From: Rikenellaceae bacterium DTU002
GTDB lineage: Bacteria > Bacteroidota > Bacteroidia > Bacteroidales > UBA932
Direction of reading: 5' to 3'
Length of the DNA stretch: 64,000 nt
NCBI GenBank assembly: GCA_001512865.1
Contig: LFSY01000101.1
Span: 26,486 to 90,485 of the forward strand
Made by a program: the position numbers and the translations under genes. The notes below the pieces were generated by a model. The model was not told the DNA's origin. It did not search any database and was given only the letters and a program-made list of their open reading frames with translations. This document shows, piece by piece, positions 1 to 9,551 of this stretch. How positions within the stretch are numbered: position 1 is the first letter of the stretch; the number at the start of each line of letters is the position of its first letter.

Positions 1-1
1 T

Positions 2-142
2 TATATCCGTTTTGACGACAATGCCTGTGTTTTACTAAACAACGCCGGTGAATTGCGCGGAACGCGCATTTTCGGTCCGGTTGCCCGTGAGCTCAGGGAT
101 CGTTACATGAAAATTGTCTCACTGGCCCCGGAGGTATTATAG
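2..142 (+). CDS. rplN: 50S ribosomal protein uL14, C-terminal fragment (5' end lies outside the window)
   Basis: Frame 2 reads ...[45 protein letters not shown], the conserved uL14 C-terminus. It sits directly upstream of rplX, as in the spc operon. Confidence 0.93.
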   Translation, partial: YIRFDDNACVLLNNAGELRGTRIFGPVARELRDRYMKIVSLAPEVL

Positions 143-152
143 GAATTGAGTT

Positions 153-476
153 ATGAGTACAAAACTGCACATAAAAAAAGGTGATACGGTATTTGTGAAT
201 ACCGGGGAAGACAAGGGGAAGACCGGAAGGGTGCTGGAGGTTCGTCCGAAAGACCAGAGAGCCATAGTTGAGGGTATCAACATGGTGAGCAAACACTCCA
301 AACCTTCGGCCAAAAATCCCCAGGGCGGCATTATTAAACAGGAAGCCGCCATACATATATCCAACCTTCAGGTGGTGGATCCTTCCAAGGGAGGACCGGC
401 CCGCATTGGTCGCCGCCTGAATGCACAGGGTAAATTGGTACGTTATGCTAAAAAATCGGGAGAGGAGATTAAGTAA
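153..476 (+). CDS. rplX: 50S ribosomal protein uL24
   Basis: 107 aa. [30 protein letters not shown] is a KOW motif typical of uL24. Operon position is rplN-rplX-rplE. Confidence 0.97.
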   Translation: MSTKLHIKKGDTVFVNTGEDKGKTGRVLEVRPKDQRAIVEGINMVSKHSKPSAKNPQGGIIKQEAAIHISNLQVVDPSKGGPARIGRRLNAQGKLVRYAKKSGEEIK

Positions 477-1081
477 TGGCAAAAGCAGTAAAAAAACAGC
501 AACCGGCTCCTGTGGTGGTGAAAGGCTACTTGCCCGCACTGCAGAAAAAATACAAGGAAGAGATCGTGCCCAGGCTCATGAAGGAGTTCGGGTACAAGTC
601 CATTATGCAGGTACCCAAACTGGAAAAGATCATTCTGAACGAAGGCGTTGGTTCGGCTACCGCCGACAAGAAGCTCATCGATGTGGCGCAAAGCGAACTG
701 ACCCTGATCGCAGGCCAGAAGGCCGTCCAGACAGTTTCCCGCAAGGACATATCCAATTTCAAGCTCCGCCGGGGAATGCCCATCGGGGTGAAAGTGACAC
801 TCCGCTCCGCCAAAATGTATGAATTCCTGGACCGTCTTATTTCCATTGCGCTTCCGCGCATAAGGGACTTCAAGGGAATAGCCGAGAAATTTGACGGCAG
901 GGGCAATTATACCCTCGGGATCAGGGAACAGATTATTTTCCCCGAGATTGACATTGACAAGATCTCCAAGATACTGGGGATCGAGATCACGTTCGTTACG
1001 TCGACGGAGAAGGACGAAGAAGCCTTTGCCTTGTTGCGTGAATTCGGGTTACCTTTCAAAAATATTAAAAAAGGACAATAG
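476..1081 (+). CDS. rplE: 50S ribosomal protein uL5
   Basis: The body ...[38 protein letters not shown]... is classic uL5. The ATG at 476 overlaps the rplX stop (TAATG). In-frame GTG codons at 511-519 would give a more typical length, so the start is uncertain. Confidence 0.93.
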   Translation: MAKAVKKQQPAPVVVKGYLPALQKKYKEEIVPRLMKEFGYKSIMQVPKLEKIILNEGVGSATADKKLIDVAQSELTLIAGQKAVQTVSRKDISNFKLRRGMPIGVKVTLRSAKMYEFLDRLISIALPRIRDFKGIAEKFDGRGNYTLGIREQIIFPEIDIDKISKILGIEITFVTSTEKDEEAFALLREFGLPFKNIKKGQ

Positions 1082-1351
1082 ATGGCAAAAGAGTCAATGA
1101 AAGCGCGTGAGATCAAACGTGCCAGATTAGTAGCCAAGTATGCAGAAAAAAGAAAAGCTTTGAAAGAAGCCGGAGACTGGGAAGGGTTGGCAAAGCTGCC
1201 CCGTAACGCAAGCCCTGTCCGCCTGCACAACCGCTGTTCCATTACCGGAAGGCCTAAGGGTTACATGCGCGAGTTTGGGATTTCCCGCATACAGTTTCGC
1301 GAAATGGCAAGCAACGGTTTGATACCCGGCGTTCGCAAAGCAAGCTGGTAG
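1082..1351 (+). CDS. rpsN: 30S ribosomal protein uS14 (long form without the Cys cluster)
   Basis: 89 aa ending ...[43 protein letters not shown], the uS14 signature. Confidence 0.97.
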   Translation: MAKESMKAREIKRARLVAKYAEKRKALKEAGDWEGLAKLPRNASPVRLHNRCSITGRPKGYMREFGISRIQFREMASNGLIPGVRKASW

Positions 1352-1440
1352 ACCGGTGCCCTCAACGGGACCGACACACATATTATTTATTGGATATCGG
1401 GCAATTTATTGCCGAAAACAAATTATTTAAAACCTTTATT

Positions 1441-1836
1441 ATGACTGATCCAATAGCAGATTATCTGACAAGGATTCGTAATGCGGTGACAGCAGGACAC
1501 AAAGTTGTCGAGATTCCCGCATCCAAGGTAAAAACGGAACTCACCCGTATTTTGCACGAAAAGGGTTATATACTCAGTTACAAGATTGAGGAAGGTCAAC
1601 CCTCCAACACCATTAAAATCGCACTGAAGTACCATCCGGATACAAAACGCCCGGCTATTAAAAAGCTTATCCGCGTTTCCAGTCCCGGTTTGCGCCGTTA
1701 CACCAACGTGGACAAAATGCCCCGCGTTCTGAACGGTTTGGGTATAGCGATCATTTCCACATCAAAAGGGATCATCACCGACAAAGAAGCCAAAACGCTG
1801 AATGTGGGCGGAGAGATCATGTGTTACGTATATTAA
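1441..1836 (+). CDS. rpsH: 30S ribosomal protein uS8
   Basis: MTDPIADYLTRIRNA... is the canonical uS8 N-terminus. The ORF-track start at 1390 is a TTG extension across the intergenic hairpin region, so the ATG at 1441 is preferred. Confidence 0.95.
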   Translation: MTDPIADYLTRIRNAVTAGHKVVEIPASKVKTELTRILHEKGYILSYKIEEGQPSNTIKIALKYHPDTKRPAIKKLIRVSSPGLRRYTNVDKMPRVLNGLGIAIISTSKGIITDKEAKTLNVGGEIMCYVY

Positions 1837-1850
1837 TTTAACAGATCAAT

Positions 1851-2411
1851 ATGTCACGAATAGGAAAACTCCCTGTAAACCTTCCCAAAGGCGTGAGCGT
1901 TCAAGTAGGCTCGGGCAATTTGGTTACGGTGAAAGGCCCTCTCGGAGAACTGAAACAGAAAGTGGATCCGGACATCAAGGTGTCGATAGAGGGAACGGAG
2001 CTTAAGCTGGAACGTCCTACCGATCAGCCCCGTCACAGGTCAATGCACGGTTTGTACCGCGCACTGATCCACAATATGGTGGTTGGCGTGTCGACAGGTT
2101 TCACCATTAAGCAGGAATTGGTCGGCGTGGGTTACCGCGTTGAAGCTAAAGGACAGATGCTGGAATTCAATCTGGGTTATTCCCACGATATCCATTTCAT
2201 GCTGCCCAATGAAGTAAAGGCATCGGTTGAGATTGCACGTAAAGGTGCCAACCCGGTCCTGACGCTGACGAGTCATGATAAACAGTTGCTCGGAACAGTG
2301 GCTGCCAAGATTCGCTCACTGCGTATTCCCGAACCTTACAAAGGCAAGGGTATCAGATTTGTAGGCGAACAGGTGCGCCGTAAAGCCGGTAAATCGGCAG
2401 GAGCTAAATAG
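1851..2411 (+). CDS. rplF: 50S ribosomal protein uL6
   Basis: [19 protein letters not shown]... is the uL6 N-terminus. 186 aa, consistent operon order. Confidence 0.97.
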   Translation: MSRIGKLPVNLPKGVSVQVGSGNLVTVKGPLGELKQKVDPDIKVSIEGTELKLERPTDQPRHRSMHGLYRALIHNMVVGVSTGFTIKQELVGVGYRVEAKGQMLEFNLGYSHDIHFMLPNEVKASVEIARKGANPVLTLTSHDKQLLGTVAAKIRSLRIPEPYKGKGIRFVGEQVRRKAGKSAGAK

Positions 2412-2425
2412 TAGGAGATGAAATT

Positions 2426-2788
2426 ATGGCTTTAACAAAACAAGCAAGAAGACAACGGATCAAATACCGCATACGCAAGCGGATTTCCGGCACTCCCGAG
2501 CGTCCCAGAATGGCCGTTTACAGGAGTAATAAACAGATATACGTACAGTTGATAGACGATACTACCGGGATCACGTTGACCCAGGCATCCTCCAAAGATG
2601 CATCCCTGGCCGAACAGATCAAAGGCAAAACACCTGTCCAGGCAGCTGCCCTTGTGGGAAAACTGGCTGCAGAGCGTGCAGCAGAAAAGGGGATCTCGCT
2701 GGTTTCTTTTGACCGCGGAGGATACCTCTATCACGGAAGAGTAAAAAGTTTAGCAGATGCCGCCAGGGAAGGCGGTCTTAAATTCTAA
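2426..2788 (+). CDS. rplR: 50S ribosomal protein uL18
   Basis: 120 aa. ...[20 protein letters not shown]...[26 protein letters not shown] is the uL18 signature. An AGGAG motif lies at 2413-2417. Confidence 0.97.
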   Translation: MALTKQARRQRIKYRIRKRISGTPERPRMAVYRSNKQIYVQLIDDTTGITLTQASSKDASLAEQIKGKTPVQAAALVGKLAAERAAEKGISLVSFDRGGYLYHGRVKSLADAAREGGLKF

Positions 2789-2796
2789 CTACGGAT

Positions 2797-3315
2797 ATGG
2801 CAAACATAAGAGCAAAAAAAGTAAAAGCCACGGACCTTGAATTAAAAGACCGTCTTGTGGCCATTCAGCGTGTCACCAAAGTAACCAAGGGCGGTCGTCA
2901 TTTCAGTTTTGCCGCCATTGTGGTTGTCGGTGATGAGAAGGGAGTCGTGGGATACGGACTCGGCAAGGCCGGAGAGGTAACCTCGGCCATATCCAAAGGT
3001 ATTGAGGATGCCAAAAAGAATCTTTACCGCATACCCCTCAGCAGGGAGACCATCCCTCACGAGATGGAGGCAAAATTCGGCGGAGCGCGTGTGTTCATGA
3101 AGCCCGCCGCCCCCGGATCCGGAGTGATTGCCGGAGGTGCCATGCGTGCGGTGTTTGAATCTGTGGGAGTACACGATGTCCTGGCCAAATCCAAGGGCTC
3201 GTCCAACCCTCACAATCTGGTAAAAGCGACCGTTCATGCTTTGCTGGAAATGCGTGATGCCTACCAGGTGGCCGGCGTACGTGGTATTAAAATGGACAAA
3301 GTCTTTAACGGATAA
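2797..3315 (+). CDS. rpsE: 30S ribosomal protein uS5
   Basis: 172 aa. ...[34 protein letters not shown]... is the uS5 motif. Confidence 0.97.
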   Translation: MANIRAKKVKATDLELKDRLVAIQRVTKVTKGGRHFSFAAIVVVGDEKGVVGYGLGKAGEVTSAISKGIEDAKKNLYRIPLSRETIPHEMEAKFGGARVFMKPAAPGSGVIAGGAMRAVFESVGVHDVLAKSKGSSNPHNLVKATVHALLEMRDAYQVAGVRGIKMDKVFNG

Positions 3316-3328
3316 GGAGGAAGAAAAC

Positions 3329-3511
3329 ATGGAAGTTTGGAAAATCACCCAGATCAAGAGCAGCAATGCTGCCAGCAAACGTCAGCTGGCCTCGCTGGCC
3401 TCGTTGGGGATCCGCAGGATGAACCATTCGGTGGAGAAGGAAATAACGCCGGTGATCAGGGGGATGGTTGAGAAGGTGCGTCACCTGGTGTCAGTTGAAG
3501 AAGTAAAGTAA
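3329..3511 (+). CDS. rpmD: 50S ribosomal protein uL30
   Basis: 60 aa, MEVWKITQIKSSNAASKRQLASLASLGIRRMNHSVEKEITPVIRGMVEKVRHLV. TAAGGAGG at 3313-3320 lies 8 nt before this ATG. The longer track ORF (from 3236) overlaps rpsE and is rejected. Confidence 0.93.
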   Translation: MEVWKITQIKSSNAASKRQLASLASLGIRRMNHSVEKEITPVIRGMVEKVRHLVSVEEVK

Positions 3512-3524
3512 AGGAGGAAACAAA

Positions 3525-3974
3525 ATGAATTTATCTAATCTGAAGCCCGCAGAAGGGGCGGTTTCCAAAAGAAAAAGAATTGGTCGCGGACAGGGTTCCG
3601 GAAGAGGCGGGACATCTACACGCGGAAACAAAGGTGCCCAGTCGCGTTCCGGGTATTCCCGCAAGCCCGGGTTTGAAGGAGGTCAGATGCCTTTGCAGCG
3701 TCGTCTCCCCAAATTCGGATTTAAAAACATCAACCGCGTAGAGTATAAGGCCATCAACCTTTCCACGTTACAGGCGTTACATGAAAAAACGGGTCTTACC
3801 GATATAGATTTTAATGCATTGCGCGATGCAGGTCTGGTGTCCCGGAACGACCTGGTTAAGATATTGGGGAACGGTGAACTGAACGTCAAACTGAACGTTA
3901 CGGCCCACGGTTTTTCCCAAAAGGCGAAAGAAGCTATAGAGGCAAAAGAAGGGAAGATCGCAGTCATTGAATAA
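3525..3974 (+). CDS. rplO: 50S ribosomal protein uL15
   Basis: MNLSNLKPAEGAVSKRKRIGRGQGSGRGGTSTRGNKG... is the uL15 glycine-rich N-terminus. AAGGAGG lies at 3511-3517. Confidence 0.97.
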   Translation: MNLSNLKPAEGAVSKRKRIGRGQGSGRGGTSTRGNKGAQSRSGYSRKPGFEGGQMPLQRRLPKFGFKNINRVEYKAINLSTLQALHEKTGLTDIDFNALRDAGLVSRNDLVKILGNGELNVKLNVTAHGFSQKAKEAIEAKEGKIAVIE

Positions 3975-3993
3975 CCCAGAATATGCCTGACCA

Positions 3994-5313
3994 ATGAAAA
4001 AACTTATTGAAACCATTAAGAATATTTTTAAGATTGAGGAACTGCGCAAGCGGATCGTGTACACTGTATTGCTTCTTCTGATCTACCGGCTGGGCAGCTT
4101 TGTTGTCCTGCCCGGGATCGATCCCACACAGTTGAGCAATCTGCAGGCACAGGCTTCCGGAGGTCTGGTTGGATTGTTGAACATGTTTTCGGGTGGCGCT
4201 TTCGGAAACGCGTCCATATTTGCGCTTGGGGTAATGCCCTACATCTCTGCATCGATCGTGATACAGCTGTTGGGTATTATGATCCCCTACTTCCAGAGAA
4301 TGCAGCGTGAAGGGGAGAGCGGCCGCCGAAAAATGAACCAGTGGACCCGTTACCTGACCATTCTGATCCTTGTGCTGCAGGGCCCGGTATATCTGACCAA
4401 TTTACATACACAGCTTCCTGAATCGGCATTTCTGCTGAGCGGATTTTCGTTCAACCTTTTTGCCACGGTAGTGCTTATTGGAGGAACCATGTTTATCATG
4501 TGGCTTGGAGAAAGGATCACCGACAGGGGACTGGGGAACGGTATTTCTCTCATCATCATGGTGGGTATCGTGGCCCGTCTGCCTTTTGCCTTTGTGGCCG
4601 AGGCGGGGGACCGCTGGACCCAGTCTTCGGGAGGTATCCTGATGCTGGTTGTTGAACTGATCGTATTATTCTTTATCTTTGTAGCTTCCATTGCGTTGGT
4701 ACAGGGCGTGCGCAAGATTCCGGTACAATACGCCAAGCGGATTGTCGGGAACAAGCAATACGGAGGTGTAAGACAGTATATTCCCCTGAAGATCAACGCG
4801 GCAGGTGTTATGCCCATCATTTTTGCCCAGGCCCTGATGCTGTTCCCCATGATCTTTGCCAGTTTTGACGCTACCCGTGGTTTTGCGGCTGTGATGAGCA
4901 ATATGCAGGGTTTTTGGTATAACTTTGTGTTTTTCATAATGGTGGTTGCCTTTACATACTTTTATACGGCGGTAACGGTCAATCCCACCAATATGGCCGA
5001 TGATATGAAAAAGAACGGCGGATTCATTCCGGGCGTCAAGCCGGGAAAGAAAACGGCCGAGTACATAGACAGTATTATGTCCCGCATCACCCTTCCCGGC
5101 TCCATTTTCCTGGGTCTTGTAGCCATCATGCCTGTTTTTGCCCAGATGATAGGGGTCAACATGCAGTTCGCCCAGTTTTACGGAGGTACTTCGCTGCTGA
5201 TCCTTGTTGGGGTAATACTTGACACACTGCAGCAGATCGAAAGCCATCTGCTGATGCGTCATTACGACGGACTTATGAAGACAGGACGACTGAAAGGCCG
5301 TTCGAACATGTAA
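3994..5313 (+). CDS. secY: Preprotein translocase subunit SecY
   Basis: 439 aa polytopic membrane protein in the expected position after rplO. It contains GIMPYISASIVIQLL-type and NGISLII motifs. Confidence 0.96.
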   Translation: MKKLIETIKNIFKIEELRKRIVYTVLLLLIYRLGSFVVLPGIDPTQLSNLQAQASGGLVGLLNMFSGGAFGNASIFALGVMPYISASIVIQLLGIMIPYFQRMQREGESGRRKMNQWTRYLTILILVLQGPVYLTNLHTQLPESAFLLSGFSFNLFATVVLIGGTMFIMWLGERITDRGLGNGISLIIMVGIVARLPFAFVAEAGDRWTQSSGGILMLVVELIVLFFIFVASIALVQGVRKIPVQYAKRIVGNKQYGGVRQYIPLKINAAGVMPIIFAQALMLFPMIFASFDATRGFAAVMSNMQGFWYNFVFFIMVVAFTYFYTAVTVNPTNMADDMKKNGGFIPGVKPGKKTAEYIDSIMSRITLPGSIFLGLVAIMPVFAQMIGVNMQFAQFYGGTSLLILVGVILDTLQQIESHLLMRHYDGLMKTGRLKGRSNM

Positions 5314-5339
5314 GTCCCGGATCGATAGTTCTTTGATTA

Positions 5340-6116
5340 ATGAATATTACGAAAACCGAGGAAGAGATAGCGCTTATGCGCGAAAACGGGATGCTGGTCT
5401 CCAGGACCCTTGCGGAGGTGGGCAGGCATATTGCGCCGGGTATCACGACAAGTGAACTCAATACAGTAGCCGAAACCTACATACGCGATCACGGGGCGGT
5501 CCCTGCTTTTCTCGGATACAACGGTTTTCCCTATTCCCTGTGTATCTCTGTGAATTCTGTTGTAGTCCACGGGTTTCCCGGTGACTACAGACTGCAGGAA
5601 GGAGATATAGTGTCCGTAGATTGCGGGACAAAGTATAAGGGTTTTTTTGGAGATTCTGCCTATACCTTTGCGGTGGGGCAGGTATCCGAAGCGGCTGAAC
5701 TTCTTATGCGGACGACCCGGGAATCTCTTTTCAGGGGAATTGAGAAAGCTGTGGCCGGTAACCGCATTGGCGATATCGGCGCTGCAGTCCAGACTTACGT
5801 GGAGCAACGGGGTTTTTCCGTTGTCAGAGAGATGGTAGGTCACGGCATTGGCACCAGGCTTCACGAAAAACCGGATGTGCCCAATTACGGCAGGCCCGGA
5901 CAGGGCAAGCATCTGGAGGAAGGGATGGTGTTGTGCATAGAGCCTATGATCAACGAGGGAGGAAGAGGCGTGTATGTGGAAAGGGACGGATGGACACTCA
6001 GGACTGCAGATAACAGGAATTCTGCCCATTACGAACTGACGGTGGTCGTTCGCAGGGGAAAAGCCGAACTCCTGTCCACTTTTGCCTTCATAGAAGGTGA
6101 AGATATAAAGAAATGA
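5340..6116 (+). CDS. map: Type I methionine aminopeptidase
   Basis: 258 aa with VVHGFPGDY, DCG..YKGFFGDSAYTF, GHGIG and EPMIN motifs (metal ligands of MetAP). It follows secY directly, with no adk gene between them. Confidence 0.95.
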   Translation: MNITKTEEEIALMRENGMLVSRTLAEVGRHIAPGITTSELNTVAETYIRDHGAVPAFLGYNGFPYSLCISVNSVVVHGFPGDYRLQEGDIVSVDCGTKYKGFFGDSAYTFAVGQVSEAAELLMRTTRESLFRGIEKAVAGNRIGDIGAAVQTYVEQRGFSVVREMVGHGIGTRLHEKPDVPNYGRPGQGKHLEEGMVLCIEPMINEGGRGVYVERDGWTLRTADNRNSAHYELTVVVRRGKAELLSTFAFIEGEDIKK

Positions 6117-6137
6117 GATGATAAAGGAATAACAAAA

Positions 6138-6356
6138 ATGCCCAAGCAATCTGCTATTGAAAAAGAAGGTGTGATCGTTGAAGCACTGTCCAATGCGATG
6201 TTCCGTGTGGAGCTGGACAACGGACATGTGATCATAGCTCACATATCCGGAAAGATGAGGATGCACTACATCCGTATTCTTCCCGGCGACAGGGTTCGGG
6301 TGGAGATGTCTCCGTATGATCTTACTAAAGGTCGGATAACCTTTAGGTACAAGTAA
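6138..6356 (+). CDS. infA: Translation initiation factor IF-1
   Basis: 72 aa, [72 protein letters not shown]. Near-universal IF-1 sequence. Confidence 0.98.
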   Translation: MPKQSAIEKEGVIVEALSNAMFRVELDNGHVIIAHISGKMRMHYIRILPGDRVRVEMSPYDLTKGRITFRYK

Positions 6357-6377
6357 TTATTATTAAAGATTACTACA

Positions 6378-6494
6378 ATGAAAGTGAAAGCATCCGTTAA
6401 AAAGCGCAGTGAAGATTGTAAAATCGTCAGACGTAAAGGACGTCTGTACGTGATCTGTAAAAAGAACCCCAAGTTCAAAATGCGCCAGGGATAA
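6378..6494 (+). CDS. rpmJ: 50S ribosomal protein bL36 (Cys-poor form)
   Basis: Not in the ORF track because it is under 60 aa. Hand translation gives [38 protein letters not shown] (38 aa), located between infA and rpsM. Confidence 0.93.
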   Translation: MKVKASVKKRSEDCKIVRRKGRLYVICKKNPKFKMRQG

Positions 6495-6525
6495 GAAACA
6501 GTAAAATCAAAAAGTATTATAAATT

Positions 6526-6903
6526 ATGGCACGTATAGCCGGAGTTGACTTACCAAACAACAAACGCGGAGAAATAGGACTGACCTATATCTACGGAATC
6601 GGTCGCAGTTCCGCCCAGGCCATCCTGAGCAAGGCGGGAATTGACTTTGACACCAAAGTGAAAGACTGGAACGATGATCAGATCGCCTCCATCCGTTCAC
6701 TGATCACGGAAGAATTCAAGATCGAAGGAGAACTTCGCTCTTCCGTACAAATGAATATCAAACGGTTGATGGATATCGGTTGCTACAGGGGCATCCGTCA
6801 TCGTCTGGGACTGCCTGTACGCGGACAAACGACCAAGAATAACGCACGTACACGCAAAGGACGCAAGAAAACGGTCGCCAACAAGAAGAAAGCAACCAAA
6901 TAA
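6526..6903 (+). CDS. rpsM: 30S ribosomal protein uS13
   Basis: [34 protein letters not shown]... is canonical uS13. Confidence 0.98.
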   Translation: MARIAGVDLPNNKRGEIGLTYIYGIGRSSAQAILSKAGIDFDTKVKDWNDDQIASIRSLITEEFKIEGELRSSVQMNIKRLMDIGCYRGIRHRLGLPVRGQTTKNNARTRKGRKKTVANKKKATK

Positions 6904-6914
6904 CAACTGAGATT

Positions 6915-7307
6915 ATGGCAAAAAAATCAAATACAACCAACAAGAAGAAAGTGGTCAAAGTGGATGCTTACGGACAGGCCCACATTTCTTCTACATTCAA
7001 CAACGTGATCGTTACCCTGGCCAACGGCGAGGGGCAGGTTATCAGTTGGTCTTCCGCAGGGAAAATGGGTTTCCGTGGTTCCAAGAAAAACACCCCCTAT
7101 GCGGCCCAAACGGCTGCCGCAGATTGTGCCAAGGTGGCCTATGACCTGGGATTGCGCAAAGTCAAGGCCTACGTGAAAGGACCGGGTTCCGGCCGTGAAT
7201 CTGCCATTCGCACCATCCACGGTGCCGGTATAGAAGTTACCGAAATAGTTGATGTAACCCCGCTTCCCCATAACGGGTGCCGTCCCAAAGGACGCCGCAG
7301 GGTATAA
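6915..7307 (+). CDS. rpsK: 30S ribosomal protein uS11
   Basis: 130 aa. ...[43 protein letters not shown]... is the uS11 signature. Confidence 0.98.
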   Translation: MAKKSNTTNKKKVVKVDAYGQAHISSTFNNVIVTLANGEGQVISWSSAGKMGFRGSKKNTPYAAQTAAADCAKVAYDLGLRKVKAYVKGPGSGRESAIRTIHGAGIEVTEIVDVTPLPHNGCRPKGRRRV

Positions 7308-7333
7308 TTGTTGATCACTAAAACAGAAAGAAG

Positions 7334-7939
7334 ATGGCAAGATATACAGGCCCAAAGACCAAAATTGCACGTAAATTCGGAGAACCGATTTACGGGCCGG
7401 ATAAAAATTTTGAACGAAAGAACCATCCTCCCGGACAGCACGGGATGTTGAAGAAACGTAAAAAAACCTCTGAATACGGCATTCAGCTGAAAGAAAAACA
7501 AAAAGTCAAATATACTTACGGAGTATTGGAGCGTCAGTTCCACAACTTGTTCAAGAAAGCTTCCTCCATGAAGGGTCGTAAGGGTGAGAACCTGCTGATC
7601 CTGTTGGAGAGCCGTCTGGACAACATCGTTTTCCGTATGGGAATCGCGCCTTCCAGACCGGCGGCCCGTCAGTTGGTTACACACCGTCACATTACTGTTG
7701 ACGGGAAAGTGTGTAACATCCCCTCATCCCTGATCCGCCCGGGAGCAGTAGTTGCCGTAAGGGAGCGTTCCAAGAACCTGGAGATCATTCAGGAAAACAT
7801 TTCCCGTTCTGTGAGCAAATATGCGTGGATTGAATGGGATGCCGCCTCGGTTGCGGGAAAATTCCTTAATTACCCCGACAGGACCGAGATCCCTGAACCC
7901 ATCAATGAGCAATTAATCGTGGAGTTGTACTCCAAATAA
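7334..7939 (+). CDS. rpsD: 30S ribosomal protein uS4
   Basis: [21 protein letters not shown]... plus an S4 RNA-binding domain ([34 protein letters not shown]). Confidence 0.98.
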   Translation: MARYTGPKTKIARKFGEPIYGPDKNFERKNHPPGQHGMLKKRKKTSEYGIQLKEKQKVKYTYGVLERQFHNLFKKASSMKGRKGENLLILLESRLDNIVFRMGIAPSRPAARQLVTHRHITVDGKVCNIPSSLIRPGAVVAVRERSKNLEIIQENISRSVSKYAWIEWDAASVAGKFLNYPDRTEIPEPINEQLIVELYSK

Positions 7940-7954
7940 TTTTAAATTTTTACA

Positions 7955-8977
7955 ATGGCCATTTTAGCATTTCAAAAACCCGATAAAGTGATTATGCTCG
8001 AGGCAACCGATACGTTCGGACGTTTTGAGTTCCGTCCCCTGGAACCCGGATACGCCACGACGATCGGCAACGCACTCCGCAGGATCTTACTATCCTCATT
8101 GGAAGGATACGCACTGACATACGTCAGGATTGACGGTGTTGAACACGAATTTGCAACTATCCCCGGCGTGATTGAGAATGTGGTGGATATCATTCTTAAC
8201 CTGAAACAGGTACGTTTCAAAAGAATGATTGATGGCGTGGATGAAGAAACGGTCAGAGTGACTGTAAAGGGAAAGGAAACCTTTGTCGCCGAAGATATTT
8301 CCAGGCAATTGTCCTCTTTCAAGGTTCTCAACTCGGATTTCGTGATTTGCAACATGGATCCTTCGGTAACCCTGTCCCTGGAACTCCACGTAGGGAAAGG
8401 GCGCGGATATGTGCCGGCCGAAGAGAACCGTTTGGAAAACGCGCCTTTCGGGCTGATCGCCATGGATGCCATTTATACGCCCATCAAGAATGTGAACTAT
8501 TCTATGGAGTATTGGCGCGTCGAACAGAAAACCGACTACGAAAAGCTGACTATAGACGTGACCACGGACGGGTCTATCCACCCGAAGGATGCCCTGAAGG
8601 AAGCAGCCAAGATCCTGATCCATCACTTCATGCTTTTCTCTGATGAAAGGATCAGCCTGGAACTTCCGCAGGAAGACGTAAGCAACGAACTGGACGAAGA
8701 ATCCCTGAGGATGCGTCAGCTTTTGCTTACCAAACTTTCGGACATGGAACTTTCCGTGAGGGCTCTGAATTGCCTGAAAGCCGCAGAAATTGAAACCTTT
8801 GCAGATCTGGTATCGGTGCCGAGACACGAATTGATGAAATTCCGCAACTTCGGGAAAAAGTCATTGACTGAAATTGATATGCTTATGGAGCGTCTGGATC
8901 TCTCTTTTGGAATAGACGTAACCAAGTACAACATTGAAAAGAAAGTAAAGAAACATGAGACACAGAAAGACATTTAA
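7955..8977 (+). CDS. rpoA: DNA-directed RNA polymerase subunit alpha
   Basis: 340 aa with an N-terminal domain ([26 protein letters not shown]) and a C-terminal domain ([21 protein letters not shown]). The 3' end overlaps the rplQ start by 23 nt. Confidence 0.97.
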   Translation: MAILAFQKPDKVIMLEATDTFGRFEFRPLEPGYATTIGNALRRILLSSLEGYALTYVRIDGVEHEFATIPGVIENVVDIILNLKQVRFKRMIDGVDEETVRVTVKGKETFVAEDISRQLSSFKVLNSDFVICNMDPSVTLSLELHVGKGRGYVPAEENRLENAPFGLIAMDAIYTPIKNVNYSMEYWRVEQKTDYEKLTIDVTTDGSIHPKDALKEAAKILIHHFMLFSDERISLELPQEDVSNELDEESLRMRQLLLTKLSDMELSVRALNCLKAAEIETFADLVSVPRHELMKFRNFGKKSLTEIDMLMERLDLSFGIDVTKYNIEKKVKKHETQKDI

Positions 8978-9470
8978 CCACCTGGGACGCAAGGCCGGGC
9001 ACCGTAAGGCCATGCTGGCCAATATGGCATCGTCCCTGATACTTCATAAGCGCATAGAAACTACGGTAGCCAAAGCCAAGGCATTGCGCGTTTACGTAGA
9101 GCCGCTGATCACCAAATCCAAACTGGACACGACCCATTCCCGCCGCACCGTTTTTTCCTATCTCAAGGACAAGGATGCCGTTACGGAACTTTTCAGGGTA
9201 ATAGCCCCCAGGATCGCCGATCGTCCGGGAGGATACACCCGTATTCTTAAAACCGGGTTCCGTGCGGGTGATGCTGCCGACATGGCCATGATAGAATTGG
9301 TCGATTTCAACGAACTGGCCCTTGCCGGCTCCACGAAAAAGGAAGAAAAGAAAACCACCCGCCGCAGCCGTGCCAAAGCTTCAAAAGCCAAAACCGAAAG
9401 CAAGCCTGTTGCCGAAGAGGTACAGACAAAAGAGGCTGCTGAAGACAAGGCACCGCAGGAACCGGTTTAA
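8955..9470 (+). CDS. rplQ: 50S ribosomal protein bL17 with a Lys/Glu-rich C-terminal tail
   Basis: [45 protein letters not shown]... is canonical bL17. A low-complexity tail of about 45 aa follows. Confidence 0.97.
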   Translation: MRHRKTFNHLGRKAGHRKAMLANMASSLILHKRIETTVAKAKALRVYVEPLITKSKLDTTHSRRTVFSYLKDKDAVTELFRVIAPRIADRPGGYTRILKTGFRAGDAADMAMIELVDFNELALAGSTKKEEKKTTRRSRAKASKAKTESKPVAEEVQTKEAAEDKAPQEPV

Positions 9471-9482
9471 AGTAATACACAC

Positions 9483-9525
9483 AAAAATATTCCCGGGGGG
9501 TTTTTTTCTCCGGGAATATTTTTTT
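9483..9525 (+). terminator. Intrinsic terminator closing the ribosomal-protein/rpoA cluster
   Basis: A perfect 14-bp inverted repeat, AAAAATATTCCCGG (9483-9496) / CCGGGAATATTTTT (9510-9523), with a 13-nt loop. It runs into a T tract, 13 nt after the rplQ stop. Confidence 0.8.
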
Positions 9526-9539
9526 AATGCAGGAAGACC

Positions 9540-9547
9540 TATCTTTG
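9540..9547 (+). promoter_or_regulatory. Bacteroidota-type -7 promoter box (TATCTTTG) for tgt
   Basis: Exact match to the TAnnTTTG consensus, located just after the terminator. Only 4 nt separate it from the tgt ATG at 9552. Confidence 0.6.
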
Positions 9548-9551
9548 CAAG

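Noticed and set aside
6378-6494. Cys-poor bL36 (two Cys only, His replaced) and the long Cys-free uS14 as sole in-operon copies. This could suggest zinc-independent ribosomal paralogues.
   Set aside because: As far as I recall this is the normal state of these proteins in Bacteroidota rather than a zinc-starvation paralogue system. No second copy or Zur-type site is visible here.
8955-8977. The 23-nt rpoA/rplQ overlap and the basic C-terminal tail of RpoA, considered as a possible frameshift or fusion.
   Set aside because: Both reading frames are intact and both products are full length with canonical ends. A simple overlap of adjacent cistrons is sufficient explanation.
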